NCBI RefSeq assembly: GCF_963921235.1
Contig: NC_086115.1
Span: forward strand, 15,748,001-15,812,000
Length of the DNA stretch: 64,000 nucleotides
Direction of reading: 5' to 3'
From: Mobula hypostoma
Taxonomy: Eukaryota
Position 1 is the first letter of the stretch. Every line of letters starts with the position of its first letter. The translations under genes were made by a program, and so were the position numbers. The notes below the pieces were generated by a model, which saw nothing but the letters and a program-made list of their open reading frames with translations, was not told the origin of the DNA and searched no databases. Positions 36,001 to 58,497 of this stretch are shown here, piece by piece.

Positions 36001-39000
36001 TTGGCTAGGTTTCCACATTTCACCTTTTCTCTCTTTATGGCTTTGTTCGTTACCTTCTGCTGGTTTTTAAAAGCTTCCCTAGCCTTTAACTTCCCACTAA
36101 TTTTTGTTATATTATATGTGCCTCTTTACCTTTTATGCTGTCTTTAGTTTCCCTTGTTAGTCACAGTTGTCTCATCCTCCCTTTAGAATATCTTTTTCAT
36201 CTTTGTGATGTATCAATCCTGCGCTCTCCAAATTGTCCCCAGAAGCTCCAGCCATTGCTGTTCTCCCATCATCCCTGCTGGTGCCTTCCACTTAACTTTG
36301 ACCAGGTCCTCTCTCCGGCCTCTGTAATTCCCTTTACACTGTAGTTCTGACACATCTGACTTTATGTTCTCTCTCTCTCTCTCTCTCAAACTGCAGGGTG
36401 AATTCTATCATACTATGATCACTGACCCCAAAGGGTTCCTTTACCTTAAGCTCCCTGATCAAATCTGGTTCATTACCCAACACCCAATCCAGAATTGCCT
36501 TTCCCCTAGTGGGTCTTCTTGGGATCCAGCACCAACCTAATTTTTCCAATCTACCTGCATATTGAAATCCCCCATTACTATTGTAACAGTGCTCTTTTAA
36601 AAGCCTTTTCTATCCCTCACTGTAATATGTATAACACATCCTGGGTACTGTTTGGACATCTGTATCTCCCTACCGAATTAGCTTAACAGTTCTAGCAAAC
36701 CTACCCACAAGGATATTGATCCCAGTTGAGTTCAGGTGTATCCTGTCCTTTATGTACAGGTCATACCTTTCCCAATAAGAGATCGCAATGATCCAGAAAT
36801 CTGAAACCCTGCCCCCTGCACCAATCCTATACTCCTCCAACTTGATAGACTGCAGATCCAACAGAAGGCACCAGTGATAGTTGGGGTGGAGGAGGTAGGA
36901 AGTGTGTTACATTACCTGGGCTGCAGAGTCCTGAAATGTTTCCACATTTTCCTTGGTGGTAATACCTTGCTGGTGCTCAACCAGAGGCTCCTTTGGCCTT
37001 GTGTTGTTCACATCCGGCAACAGTGAAGACTGCTTGTTCACCTCAGCACACTTGTTCCCTTCTTGCTCTTCACCCCCTGGTCTCTGAGGATGGTCCTGCT
37101 GTTCTGGTGGCTGACGGTCATCCAGGCTGAAGATGCTGTAGCCCGAGGGGCTCAGAAGTCTCCGCTCTGAGATACACGAGCTGAGCCAGGCGGAGCGCAA
37201 CACATGGACATCGGGAGGATGCACCTCGCACCTCAGGAGCCGCAGGGCTCGGTCACAGTCCATCCCATCTTCCACGATCACGTGGGTCACTGCTGGGCTG
37301 AAGGCCAGGAGGACCTCGCCACCATTCTGTGTGATCTGCTTCTGAAAGATTTCTGTCCGGGTCTTTCCGATCCCCGCCTGGACGATATATGCTGTCACTC
37401 CACTCAGCCACTGCTCTGCAGAGAGGCAAGAAAGGCAGCAAGGATTGTAAAAACCCAGTTGTACTGTGTGAGAGGCACTGACACCATTTGCAATGAGCTG
37501 GGACTGCAGTACTTGTGGACCTGAAAGGACAGCGGTAACCAGTGATCAGAGGTCACAAGAAGAGAAGGCAGAAAATGCCACTCCAGCCTGGCTTCCCTCG
37601 CCCAGAGTTGTCACTACCTGGAACAAGCTACTCGAAAGGATAGTGGAGTCAGATTATAAACAAGAGATTCTGCAGATGCTGGAATTCTTCAGCAACACAC
37701 TCAAAATGCTGGAGGAACTCAGCAAGTCAGGCAGCATCTATGGAGGGGAGTAGAACAGTCGACATTTCAGGCCGAGACCCTCCATCAGGACTAGAAAGGA
37801 AGGGGGCAAGAGCCAGCATATGTAAGTGAGGGGCAGGGAAGGATTACAAGCTGGCAGGTGATAGGTGAAATCAGGTGGGGGGTGAGTGGGTGGGTGAAGG
37901 ATTGTATTCAGGTTAGTGGGCCTCCTATCCAGAGGTTGGCACTAATGATTAGGAATCTGTTCAAATCCCACCACAGCAGCCAGAGAACTTAAATAAATCT
38001 GGAATAAAGAGCAAGATCACAAAACTACTGAGAGATACAGAAATGCATCTGGCTTATTAGTGTCTTCAGGAACAAAATCTGCGTTTGTAACTAAACCTGC
38101 AAGAAAATGAATCTCAGAGTAGTAAATGGTAGTATATACATACTTTGATAATAAATTCTACTTTGACTTTGTTTCCCACCCCCTCCACCCACTTTGCAGC
38201 TTAAAACATGGTTGTTTCTCACTTTCCCAGTTCTGAGGAAGGGGCCTGGCACATTTACTCTCTTTCTCTTTCCGTAGATGCCGCCTGCCCTGCCAGGAGT
38301 GCCATGCGTTTTCTGTTTTTATTTTAACACAAGTGAGTCGTTCAAGAGTACATAGGAACAGCAGTAAATGCCAGTTTGCCAGTGATGGCACATGCCATGA
38401 GCAATTAAACAAAAGGCACATTTTGAAAGGTTGACACAGGAGATTCTGCAGATCTTGAGCCACACTCACAAAATACTGGAGGGACTCAGCAGGTCAGACA
38501 GGAGGACGATAAAAGCTGAGGTTCTAAATACTAACGATTAGCTTTATTTGTCACATGTGCATTGAAACATGCAGTAAAATATGTCATTCGCATCACTGTC
38601 TGAGGACATGCTGAGGACAGCCTTCAAGTGTTGCCACGCTTCCAGCACTGACATAGCATGCCCACAACCTACTAACCTTAACCCGTATGTCTTTGACTGT
38701 GAGAGGAAACTGGAGCATTTGGAGGAAGCCCACAAGTCACGAGGAGAACATGCAAACTCCTTAAAGACAGCAGTTTTAATTGAACCGGGGTCATTGGCCC
38801 TGTAGAGCGTTGTGCTAACTGACAAGTTTTCTGGGATGAGACCCTTCATACAGATTGCCTGACTTTGCTGAGTTCCTGACTTTGCTGAGTTCCTCCAGCA
38901 TTTTGTATGTTGCTCTTGGAAGGCTGTCCACTCGAATAGATGACTTTCTCAGAGACAGAGGTGGTGGCATCCGTTAGTCTTGCGAGACCATGGACAGGCA

Positions 39001-40313
39001 CAATAACCTGAACAGGCTGAAGGCACCTGCTGTTCTCTGATGCCCAGTAAACTTCGGTGCAGTGATTTTTCTTTGTTCAGCAGAGCAGACTCTGCTGTGA
39101 GTCACCCATAAAAAAGCTCCCACTTGCTCCAGGCACCAGGTGTAAAAAAAAGTTATCGAACATTACCAAACAAAACTTCAGCGGCAGGTTGACTTGAGCT
39201 TCTTAACTGAGAACATGGATGACTGAATAGAGGTCGATAAGAACGAGTAAAGAATTAATTTGTCGACTCACAGACAACAGAGAATTTATGACAAGCCTTC
39301 TGCGTCAGTGCCAGGCGGCAAGGTAGTGTAACACTTTACATCACCCACTGTATGGAATTTGCACGTTCTCCCCGTGGCAACGTGCATTCCCTCTGGGTGC
39401 TCTGCTTCCAAAAACATTTGGGTGAGGGTCAGTAAGTTGTGGACTTGCTATGATGGCAGTCAGTAGATACCTGTGGGCTGCCCCCAGCACATCCCGGTAT
39501 TGCGCTGGTAGTTGACGCAAATGACGCAGATGTTTCGACGTACATGCGACAAATACAGATAATCTTTAATCTGATAATCTGTACTCAGTACTTAGCCCTG
39601 TAACTCTGCAGATCACAGCACTTCAAGCTCCTCTGAAAGTCGCAAAACAGAACAGCACGTATTGTAAATTATGTTAATACAGCGGTGTAACAAAACACTG
39701 TAGCCAGTGTGTGCACAATATAAACAGAACTGTGGCAAAAGCAGTCTGTAATAAATACACACAGTCTCTAGTTTGCAGTGGTTTTAAAGTTCACACAGTC
39801 GGGGTATGGATACTGAATATTAAGAGCTGGCCAGAGTGGACATGCAGAAGTTGTTCCCAGCAGCGAGAGAGTCTGGGACCAGAAGGCATAACCTCAAAAT
39901 AGAAAGATTCAGAATACAGTAGAAGGACATCCCTTTACAACAGATGAGAAGGAACTTCTTTGGCCAGAGGGTGGTGAATCTGTGAAATTCATTGCCACAG
40001 ACAGCTGTGGAGGCCAAGTCATTGGGCATATTTAAAGCAGAGGTTGATAGGTACTTGACTAGCAAGGGTGTCAAAGGTTACAGGGATAAACAGTTGAGAG
40101 GGAAAATAAATTAGGCAAGATCGAATGACAGAGCAGACTCGATGGGCTGAATGGCTTACTTCTGCTCTTATGTCTTAAGGCGAAGATCACGGCTAGCTTA
40201 CCTTCGACTTCCTTTGGCTTTGCCTTTTTCTGGGGTGTCCCTGCTGTGGTTGAGTGGATCTCCTGGCCTCGTTTCACCTTTCGAAATGCCTTTACAATCC
40301 CCTGAGGCTCCAT
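14656..40313 (-). CDS. POLL: DNA polymerase lambda (family X), complete; complement(join(14656..15017,17164..17332,20760..20888,26164..26337,34959..35267,36916..37415,40202..40313)); 1755 nt, 584 aa
   Basis: Seven exons join in frame from [10 protein letters not shown] to ...RKPQERDW*; BRCT domain, 8-kDa lyase domain (IGKRMAEK), catalytic GDVDV and RLDII, steric-gate YFTGS and FNRSMR all intact. Confidence 0.97.
15110..15620. repeat. Minisatellite, about 10 units of about 50 bp, in the last POLL intron
   Basis: Unit core CAGA(T/C)ACAGAGTGAAGCTCCC...TCCCATCACAC...CTGGGGT. Confidence 0.9.
16686..16752. mobile_element. 67-bp Tc1-like MITE
   Basis: CAGTATTGTGCAAAAG...CTTTTGCATGGCACTG inverted ends, TA on both sides. 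Confidence 0.5.
17164..17332 (-). CDS. POLL: POLL coding exon 6 (169 nt, catalytic GDVDV)
   Basis: ttctctag|GTG ... CAAG|gtgag; [39 protein letters not shown]... Confidence 0.95.
18030..19406 (-). mobile_element. Young 5'-truncated CR1 LINE (RT C-terminal region, open frame)
   Basis: Uninterrupted frame with [26 protein letters not shown]; (TTCTATGT)n tail at 18030-18055; 10-bp TSD CACCGTTTTA (18020-18029, 19407-19416). Confidence 0.93.
20297..20410. mobile_element. Short PLE-terminus insertion (one arm plus 22-nt inverted tail)
   Basis: 14-bp TSD GTAAGTTGT(T/C)AGAG (20283-20296, 20411-20424). Confidence 0.8.
20760..20888 (-). CDS. POLL: POLL coding exon 5 (129 nt)
   Basis: gttttccag|GGC ... 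ACC|gtaagt; [43 protein letters not shown]. Confidence 0.95.
21974..22249 (+). mobile_element. Young tRNA-derived SINE (276 bp)
   Basis: A box TGGTGCAGTGA (21989-21999), B box GAGTTCGATCC (22032-22042), (CAT)n tail, perfect 11-bp TSD GCCTACCGACA, CpGs retained. Confidence 0.88.
22643..23946 (-). mobile_element. L1-type LINE 3' fragment (ORF2 C-terminus and 3' UTR), itself interrupted by CR1
   Basis: [22 protein letters not shown]...MEKMTYSLR...FYQIWNKW; degenerate 14-bp TSD ATTG(C/G)CCT(A/C)ATCTC (22629-22642, 23947-23960). Confidence 0.75.
22905..23310 (+). mobile_element. Young CR1 3' fragment
   Basis: [14 protein letters not shown]...[17 protein letters not shown] end, 3' UTR and TTTCTATGG tail. 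Confidence 0.85.
24280..26045 (+). mobile_element. Penelope-like retroelement, 5'-truncated: RT C-terminal half, Cys-rich linker, GIY-YIG endonuclease, pseudo-LTR
   Basis: [37 protein letters not shown]...YIG motifs; single frameshift from a 4-nt insertion at about 24636-24639; 15-bp TSD TTGCTTTC(A/G)GTATAT (24265-24279, 26046-26060). Confidence 0.93.
25947..25982 (+). ncRNA. Hammerhead motif copy (mutated) in PLE pseudo-LTR
   Basis: AGTC-CTGACGA-AGGGTCTCGGCCT-GAAA-CATC-GACT; CGTC has decayed to CATC. Confidence 0.5.
26164..26337 (-). CDS. POLL: POLL coding exon 4 (174 nt)
   Basis: tttccgtag|GAA ... CAG|gtgggt; [29 protein letters not shown]...AQVWYQQ. Confidence 0.95.
27305..27528. mobile_element. 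Palindromic PLE-derived mini-element inserted in a CR1
   Basis: 88-bp inverted arms (27305-27392, 27401-27488), 40-nt tail, perfect 14-bp TSD TCCTGTACTCAATA. Confidence 0.9.
27396..27427 (+). ncRNA. Hammerhead core with intact ACGT palindrome; stem I weakened by the inversion junction
   Basis: CTGACGA-AGGGTCTCGGCCC-GAAA-CGTC^GACT. Confidence 0.55.
30015..30837. mobile_element. Probable solo LTR (823 bp) inserted in the CR1
   Basis: Ends T(A)TTGA...CCAACA; 4-bp TSD ATAC (30011-30014, 30838-30841); CR1 sequence resumes across it. Confidence 0.55.
32622..32736 (+). mobile_element. Short PLE-terminus insertion
   Basis: 13-bp TSD CTTTCATTCTCTC (32609-32621, 32737-32749); ends in the same CATCTGCAGATTTCCTCGTG tail. 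Confidence 0.75.
34959..35267 (-). CDS. POLL: POLL coding exon 3 (309 nt)
   Basis: tctcctcag|TTC ... GAG|gtaag; [13 protein letters not shown]...[27 protein letters not shown]...[19 protein letters not shown]. Confidence 0.93.
35380..36870 (-). mobile_element. Decayed CR1 ORF2 fragments in POLL intron (other CR1 3' pieces near 4150-4650, 9990-10290, 16090-17030, 21040-21370, 39820-40180, 45365-45780, 46330-46770, 54630-55080)
   Basis: [42 protein letters not shown] motifs in the ORF track. Confidence 0.75.
36916..37415 (-). CDS. POLL: POLL coding exon 2 (500 nt, BRCT domain plus linker)
   Basis: ctctctgcag|AG ... CAG|gtaat; (E)[27 protein letters not shown]...VTHVIVEDG...[13 protein letters not shown]. 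Confidence 0.93.
40202..40313 (-). CDS. POLL: POLL first coding exon (112 coding nt; exon acceptor at 40356/40357 gives 43 nt of 5' UTR)
   Basis: ATG at 40313, [16 protein letters not shown]...EVE(G)|gtaag; upstream acceptor tcgttgaacag| with pyrimidine tract. Confidence 0.9.
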
Positions 40314-43300
40314 GCCCAGCACGCCTGTTGATTGCCAGGGCTAGTGGTCCACCCACCTGTTCAACGATTCACAGGAAAGAAAGACACAAGAATCACCACC
40401 TGTTCTCCTCACAAGATTAATTTGCTTGTGGGCATTCACAGTAAATATAAAGAAACACAATAGAATCAATGAAAAACCACACACAAGACAAACACCCAGC
40501 ATGCATAAGACAACAAACAGTGCAAATACAAGTAGCAAAAAACCCCCAAAATAATATTAATAAATAAATAAAGAATAAATATTGAGAACATGAGATGCAG
40601 AGTTCTTAAAAGTGAGTGCATTGGTTGTAGGAACAGTTCAGTGTTGGGTGAAGATATCCCCCGGTTCAAGAGCCTGATGGTTGAGAGGTAATGACTGTTA
40701 GTGTGGGTCCTGAGGCTCCTGTACTGCAGCAGTGAGAGGAGAGCATGGCCTGAAAGGTGGGGGTCCTTGCTGATGGTTGATGCTTTCCTCCAACAGCATC
40801 TCCTTATAAATTTGCTCAATGGTGGGGAGGACCGTATGCATTACTTTTAGTAGGATTTCTGTTCAAGGGCATTGGTGCTCAAGGTCGTGAAGAAACCAGT
40901 CAATATACTCTCCACAACACACCTACAGAAGTCTGTCCAAAGTTTCAGATGACATACCGAGTCTCTGTAAACTTCTAAGAAAACAGAGGTGCTGCCTTTC
41001 TTTTTTTGTAATGGCACTTACACACTGGACCCAGGATAGGCCACTGAAATAGTAACACTGAGGAATTTGCTGACCATCTCCTCCTCCGATTCCCCTGATG
41101 AGGACTCGCTCAGGGACCTCCAGTTTCTGGCTCTTGTAGTCAGTAATCAGCTCCTCGGTTTTGCTGGCTTTGAATGAGAGTTGGTTTCTGTAGCGCCATT
41201 CAACCAGGCTTTTAATCTCCGTGTGCTGATTCAACACAATCTTTGATTCAGCCAGTGACTGTGATGTCGTCAGCAAACTTAAACCTGGCACTGGAATTGT
41301 CTAGACACAACTATTGTTGGCAGGATTTCAGAGGGTGACAAAATTGTATGCAGGTGCGAGATAGATCAGCTGGTGAGAGGTGACACAGCAACAAGCTTGC
41401 ACTCAACGTCAGTAAGACGAAAGAATTGACTGGAGACTTCAGAAAGGGTAAGAAGAGAGCATGCACACCAGTTCTCATCAAGGGATCAGTAGTGGAAAGA
41501 GTGAGCAAATTCGAGTTCCTGGGTGTCAACTTCTCTCGAGGATTTGTCCTGGGCCCAGCGTACCAATGCAGCTACAAAGAAGGCACGACAGCAGCTACGT
41601 TTCATTAGGAGTTTGAGGAGAATTGGTAAGTTAAAGACACTTGCAAATTTCTACAGTTGTACCATGGACAGCTTTCTAACTGGCCACATCACCATCTGTA
41701 CGGAGTGGCGGGGGGCCACTGCACAGGATCGAAAAATGCCACAGAAAGTTGTAAACTCAGTCAGCTCCATAGTGGGCACTGGCCTCACCAGCATCCAGGT
41801 CACCTTCAAGGAACGATGCCTCAAGAAGGCAACATCCACCATTAAGGACACCCATCACCCTCTTCTCACTGCTCCCATCAGGGAAGAGGTACAGGAACCT
41901 AAATGCACACTCAACAGTTCAGGAATAGCTTCTTCCCCTCTGCCACCAGATTTCTGAATGGACATTGAACACTACCTTATTTCCTTTTTTGCAATACTTA
42001 TTTAATTTTAAAAAAATATTTACTTCCTGTAATTTAGCTTTTAGTTATTATATATTGTAGTGGTACTGCCAAACAACAAATTTCATGACATATGCCAGTG
42101 ATATTATGGGAACTAAGCACAGAGGTGTGCAGTACACATGCGCTGATGGTGATCGTGGAGAAAATGTCACCAATCTGAACTTACTGGGGTCTGCAAGTGA
42201 GGAAATCGAGGATCCAGTTGCACAAAGGTACTGAGGCCGAGGTCTTGAAGCTTATTGATTAGTTTTGCGGGGTTGATAGTTTTGAATGCCGAGCTGTAGT
42301 CAATGAAGAGCAGCCTGATGTATGTGTCAGATGTTCCAGGTACCAGTGAAGAAAAAATGAAATGCCATCTGCTCAGACAGGAGCTGACATGTTTCATCAC
42401 TGACCTCTCAAAGCACCTCATTACAGTGGATCCAAGTGCTACTGGACATAAGTCACTTAGGCAGGATACCGTGTTTCTCTTGGGCACCGGTATTGAAGCA
42501 GGCGGGTCGGGTATCTTTGATTACTGCAGCGAGAGGTTAAGTATATCAGTGAACACTCCAGCCAGTTGACCAGTACTCAGCCTGGTACTCCATCCGGCCT
42601 TTCTGTGAGTTCACCTTCTCTCACGTTGGACTCGTAGTCTGAAATCACAGGGCCGTTCGGGGCTGTAGTTTTCAAAGGTGCCTCCACGTTTTGTCGGTTA
42701 TTCCGACAAGAATAAACAGTTAATGTTTTGAGCTGAGACCCTTCACCATATCTCAGACCAAAATGTCAACTGGTTATTCCCCTCCATAAATGCTGCCTGA
42801 CCTGTAGAGTGCCTCCAGCATTTTGCATGTGTTCCTCAAGATTTCCAGCATCTGCAGAATCTCTGGTGTTTATGAGTGTGATTTAGTGGCATGTCAGAGT
42901 GTGCATTGCAACCACAGTACTATTGCCACTTGACTAAAGATTGGCACAAGGAAGCTGCCCCGGCAGAGGCACATTGCATCAAATCTGCTGTGAACTTTTC
43001 TTTGATAATTCATTTCTCATAAGCTCCATTGTGATGCGGTCCCAAGAAGCAGGTAAACACAAGTTTCTTTAAGAGTTGGGGTGGCAGCCAGTATTAAGAG
43101 CTGAAGAGAAGGAGTGGGGCAGGAGCAGCAAATGATGGGTGGATCAAGATGAGGAGAGGTGTTAGGCAGATGGAGGAGTGGAGAGGGGAGATAATGAGAG
43201 AGGATGGGAGGGAAGTGGGAGGTGGAAGATGATTGGTGATGGGAAGCTCTATTCCCTCTATCTTCACACAAGATGTAAGGTCTTAACGTAAAATGTTCAC

Positions 43301-43329
43301 TGTCCATTTCCCCCTACAGAAGTGGCCTA

Positions 43330-43412
43330 GACACACAAAATGCTGGTGGAACGCAGGTCAGGCAGCATCTATAGGAAGAAGTACAGTCGACGTTTTGGGC
43401 TGAGACCCTGAT
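43330..43412 (-). mobile_element. PLE-terminus arm nested in an older copy of the same repeat
   Basis: 8-bp TSD GTGGCCTA (43322-43329, 43413-43420). Confidence 0.65.
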
Positions 43413-44273
43413 GTGGCCTAACTGAGTTCCTCCAGCATTTTATGTGTTGCTCCAGATTCCAGCATCTTTAGTCTCTCACATCTCCTTTGCCATAAACTCC
43501 AGCACCCTACCCTACCATGTAAATACCAAAATACTGAAACTCCAGGGAATGAACTTCATGTGTCAGAATCCATGGAATGATGATACAAGCAATCTGCTGT
43601 CTTGGAGGAAAGAAATTGTCAACATTTTCTGTCAAAACCCTGCATCACAGACCCACTGAGTTCCTACAGCAGATGGTTCGCTGCTCCTAATTCCAGCGTC
43701 TTGTGCCTCCATGGGTTGGATTCCACGGGTCGTGTCCCGTCGTTAAGATTCCACACCCTATAGCCCATGGGAAAGATTCCATTGGACGCAGTTCAATGAT
43801 TGGATTCCACGGGTTGAATCCCGGGTGTTAGGTCCCAAGGGAAAGATCGGGGGATGGAGTTCCTGTGTTGCATCCTAGGAAATGGGAGTCTAGCAGGTGG
43901 ATCGCAGGTCTCAGATCCAGTGGCCCGATTCCTGGGGTGGAGTCTGTGGACACCGGTCATATCGGAGGGGTGGAGACCCGTGGTCAGATCCAGGCGGAGT
44001 GGCGTCCATGATCAGGCCCCAGGGCTCAGGCTCCTGCCCAAACCCCAGCTGGTGACATTTTAAATTAAAATGATCAGTAGCGACGCCCCATTGGGCAAGA
44101 AACCGCCAATCAGAGACGGACAGATGTGGCCTGAATCTACCGGACTGTGAAATCAGTGACAAAATTAATCCAGCTCCGGGACTGAGCCACCGAGGATCTC
44201 CCGCCGCCTCCTAAATCCGCCCTTTTCTACCACCTCCCACCCTCCATTCCCTCGCCGACCGTCCTCACCTCAC

Positions 44274-44320
44274 CGGAAATGCCCGAAGCAATGAAACCAC
44301 TTCCGGCGTGGTCCGTCCCT
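44274..44320 (-). other. POLL: Probable POLL non-coding exon 1 (5' boundary approximate)
   Basis: Minus-strand donor CCG|gtgagg at 44274/44273 (second gtgag at 44268) inside the CpG island; the 5'-UTR acceptor at 40356 requires an upstream exon. TSS cannot be read from sequence. Confidence 0.6.
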
Positions 44321-44533
44321 CCCCTCACTCACTCATTACATTTATAATTTAATATCTCCCTCACACGCTAAAACCAAACTGTGCCGAGAAGCAGGACACG
44401 GGGCGGGAGCGAATGACCCCGCCAGCAACGTTTAAGGAAATCAGTGCAGGGGGCGAGGTTCAGGTGTGAGGGGTCAGGGGTCGGGGATCAGCGCGGCGCC
44501 GTTGCCGTGGAAACGGAGCAGCGGCCGGGCGCG

Positions 44534-57193
<12,660 letters not shown>

Positions 57194-58176
57194 CCACAGC
57201 ACCCACTGGCATTCTACCTCTTGTAGTTGGGCCTGCCATTCCAAATCCACTTTTCAGCACTGTATTAGAACATTCAGTTACGTTTCTAATGCAGAGGACC
57301 TTTGCATCGGATTGTAGAACGTAGAACAGTATAGGCCCTTCAGACAACATTTTATCCTACTTCACAGCCAATCTTACCCTTCCCTCTATAGCTCTCTGTT
57401 TTACTCTCAGCCATGTGCCTATCTGAGTCTCCTACATATCTCTAATGTATATGTTTCCATTCCTGGCAGGGTGTTCCATGATCCCACCTATATATTAAAG
57501 AAAAACCTACCCCTGACATCCCCCCCCCCGCCACCTCAATCACCATAAACCACCCCCTCACACCAGCCATTTCTGATCTGTGATTAGTTGCATCAATGTT
57601 GGATATGGTCACAGCATTCATCTCCTGAGCCCTCAAACCACTCCACAATTTCAAGTCAGTTGTTTGCTGGGTTACTCTGCCCAGCTCTGTAACTGTTGTA
57701 CAAATAAGTAATTAACTTTATTTATCATATACATTCACATGTATTAGGAATTTGCTGCAGTGTGTTGGTCAGGGTGTGTCGTGCAACAAAAACAACAACA
57801 TTCAAGTTATATTGAATAAAAAAAATTTAAAATATAAAGTTAGAGATTAAAGTACAGTAATGGAATAAATATGCATAAATACCAGCTTGTAGTTACAATG
57901 TAAACAGCATTATAAAAAGTGCTTTAAAGTGTAAAGTGCAGTGACGTGGGTAACAGAATTGTTGATAAATTTATTGATAGATTTGCATTACAACAGCTCC
58001 CTGTGAAACAGTGTCATGTCTGAGACAAGGCCGTGTTATTTCGAAATGCAAGGCTTTATTTATAAAAATGCTTGCAAACATCAGAACATTGTTACAGCCC
58101 TTGGCAGCTTCTGTACATACACAAATGCAGTTACAGATGACATTTTGTGCAACACTTATTCACAAATCATATAAAA

Positions 58177-58191
58177 TTTATTGGAAATAAA
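58177..58191. terminator. Back-to-back candidate poly(A) signals: AATAAA on - strand (58177-58182, FBXW4) and on + strand (58186-58191, DPCD)
   Basis: Sequence TTTATTGGAAATAAA between the convergent stop codons; a second minus-strand AATAAA lies at 58055-58060. Confidence 0.45.
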
Positions 58192-58362
58192 GACCTCTTT
58201 CTCTTTATATTTAAAAAAAAGCCACAAGAGGTGAATTTTTAAAGGGACTGCTGAGTTAGATGGGTGAAGGCATGGTTTCCATCTCATCTGCCAAGTATGC
58301 TGGATACCTGTTGACTTCAGAAGCGCCAATCCAGAGATGTCTCACGTTATGCCAAGTGCCAT

Positions 58363-58497
58363 TTATTTTGCAAGCCATGAGTCCGCAGATGTAAAATCCA
58401 GTGTATAAAGTGCATGGGCTAAGGCAGCATAGAGGTGCGAGGTAGTGAATCGCAGGCAGTACACAGGGCTGCTGCTGGGGCAAGACAGGAAGAACAT
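58363..58497 (-). CDS. FBXW4: FBXW4 terminal coding exon (135 nt including TAA)
   Basis: ccccctccag|ATG; SSPVYCLRFTTSHLYAAL motif. Confidence 0.92.
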   Translation of the reverse strand: MFFLSCPSSSPVYCLRFTTSHLYAALAHALYTLDFTSADSWLAK

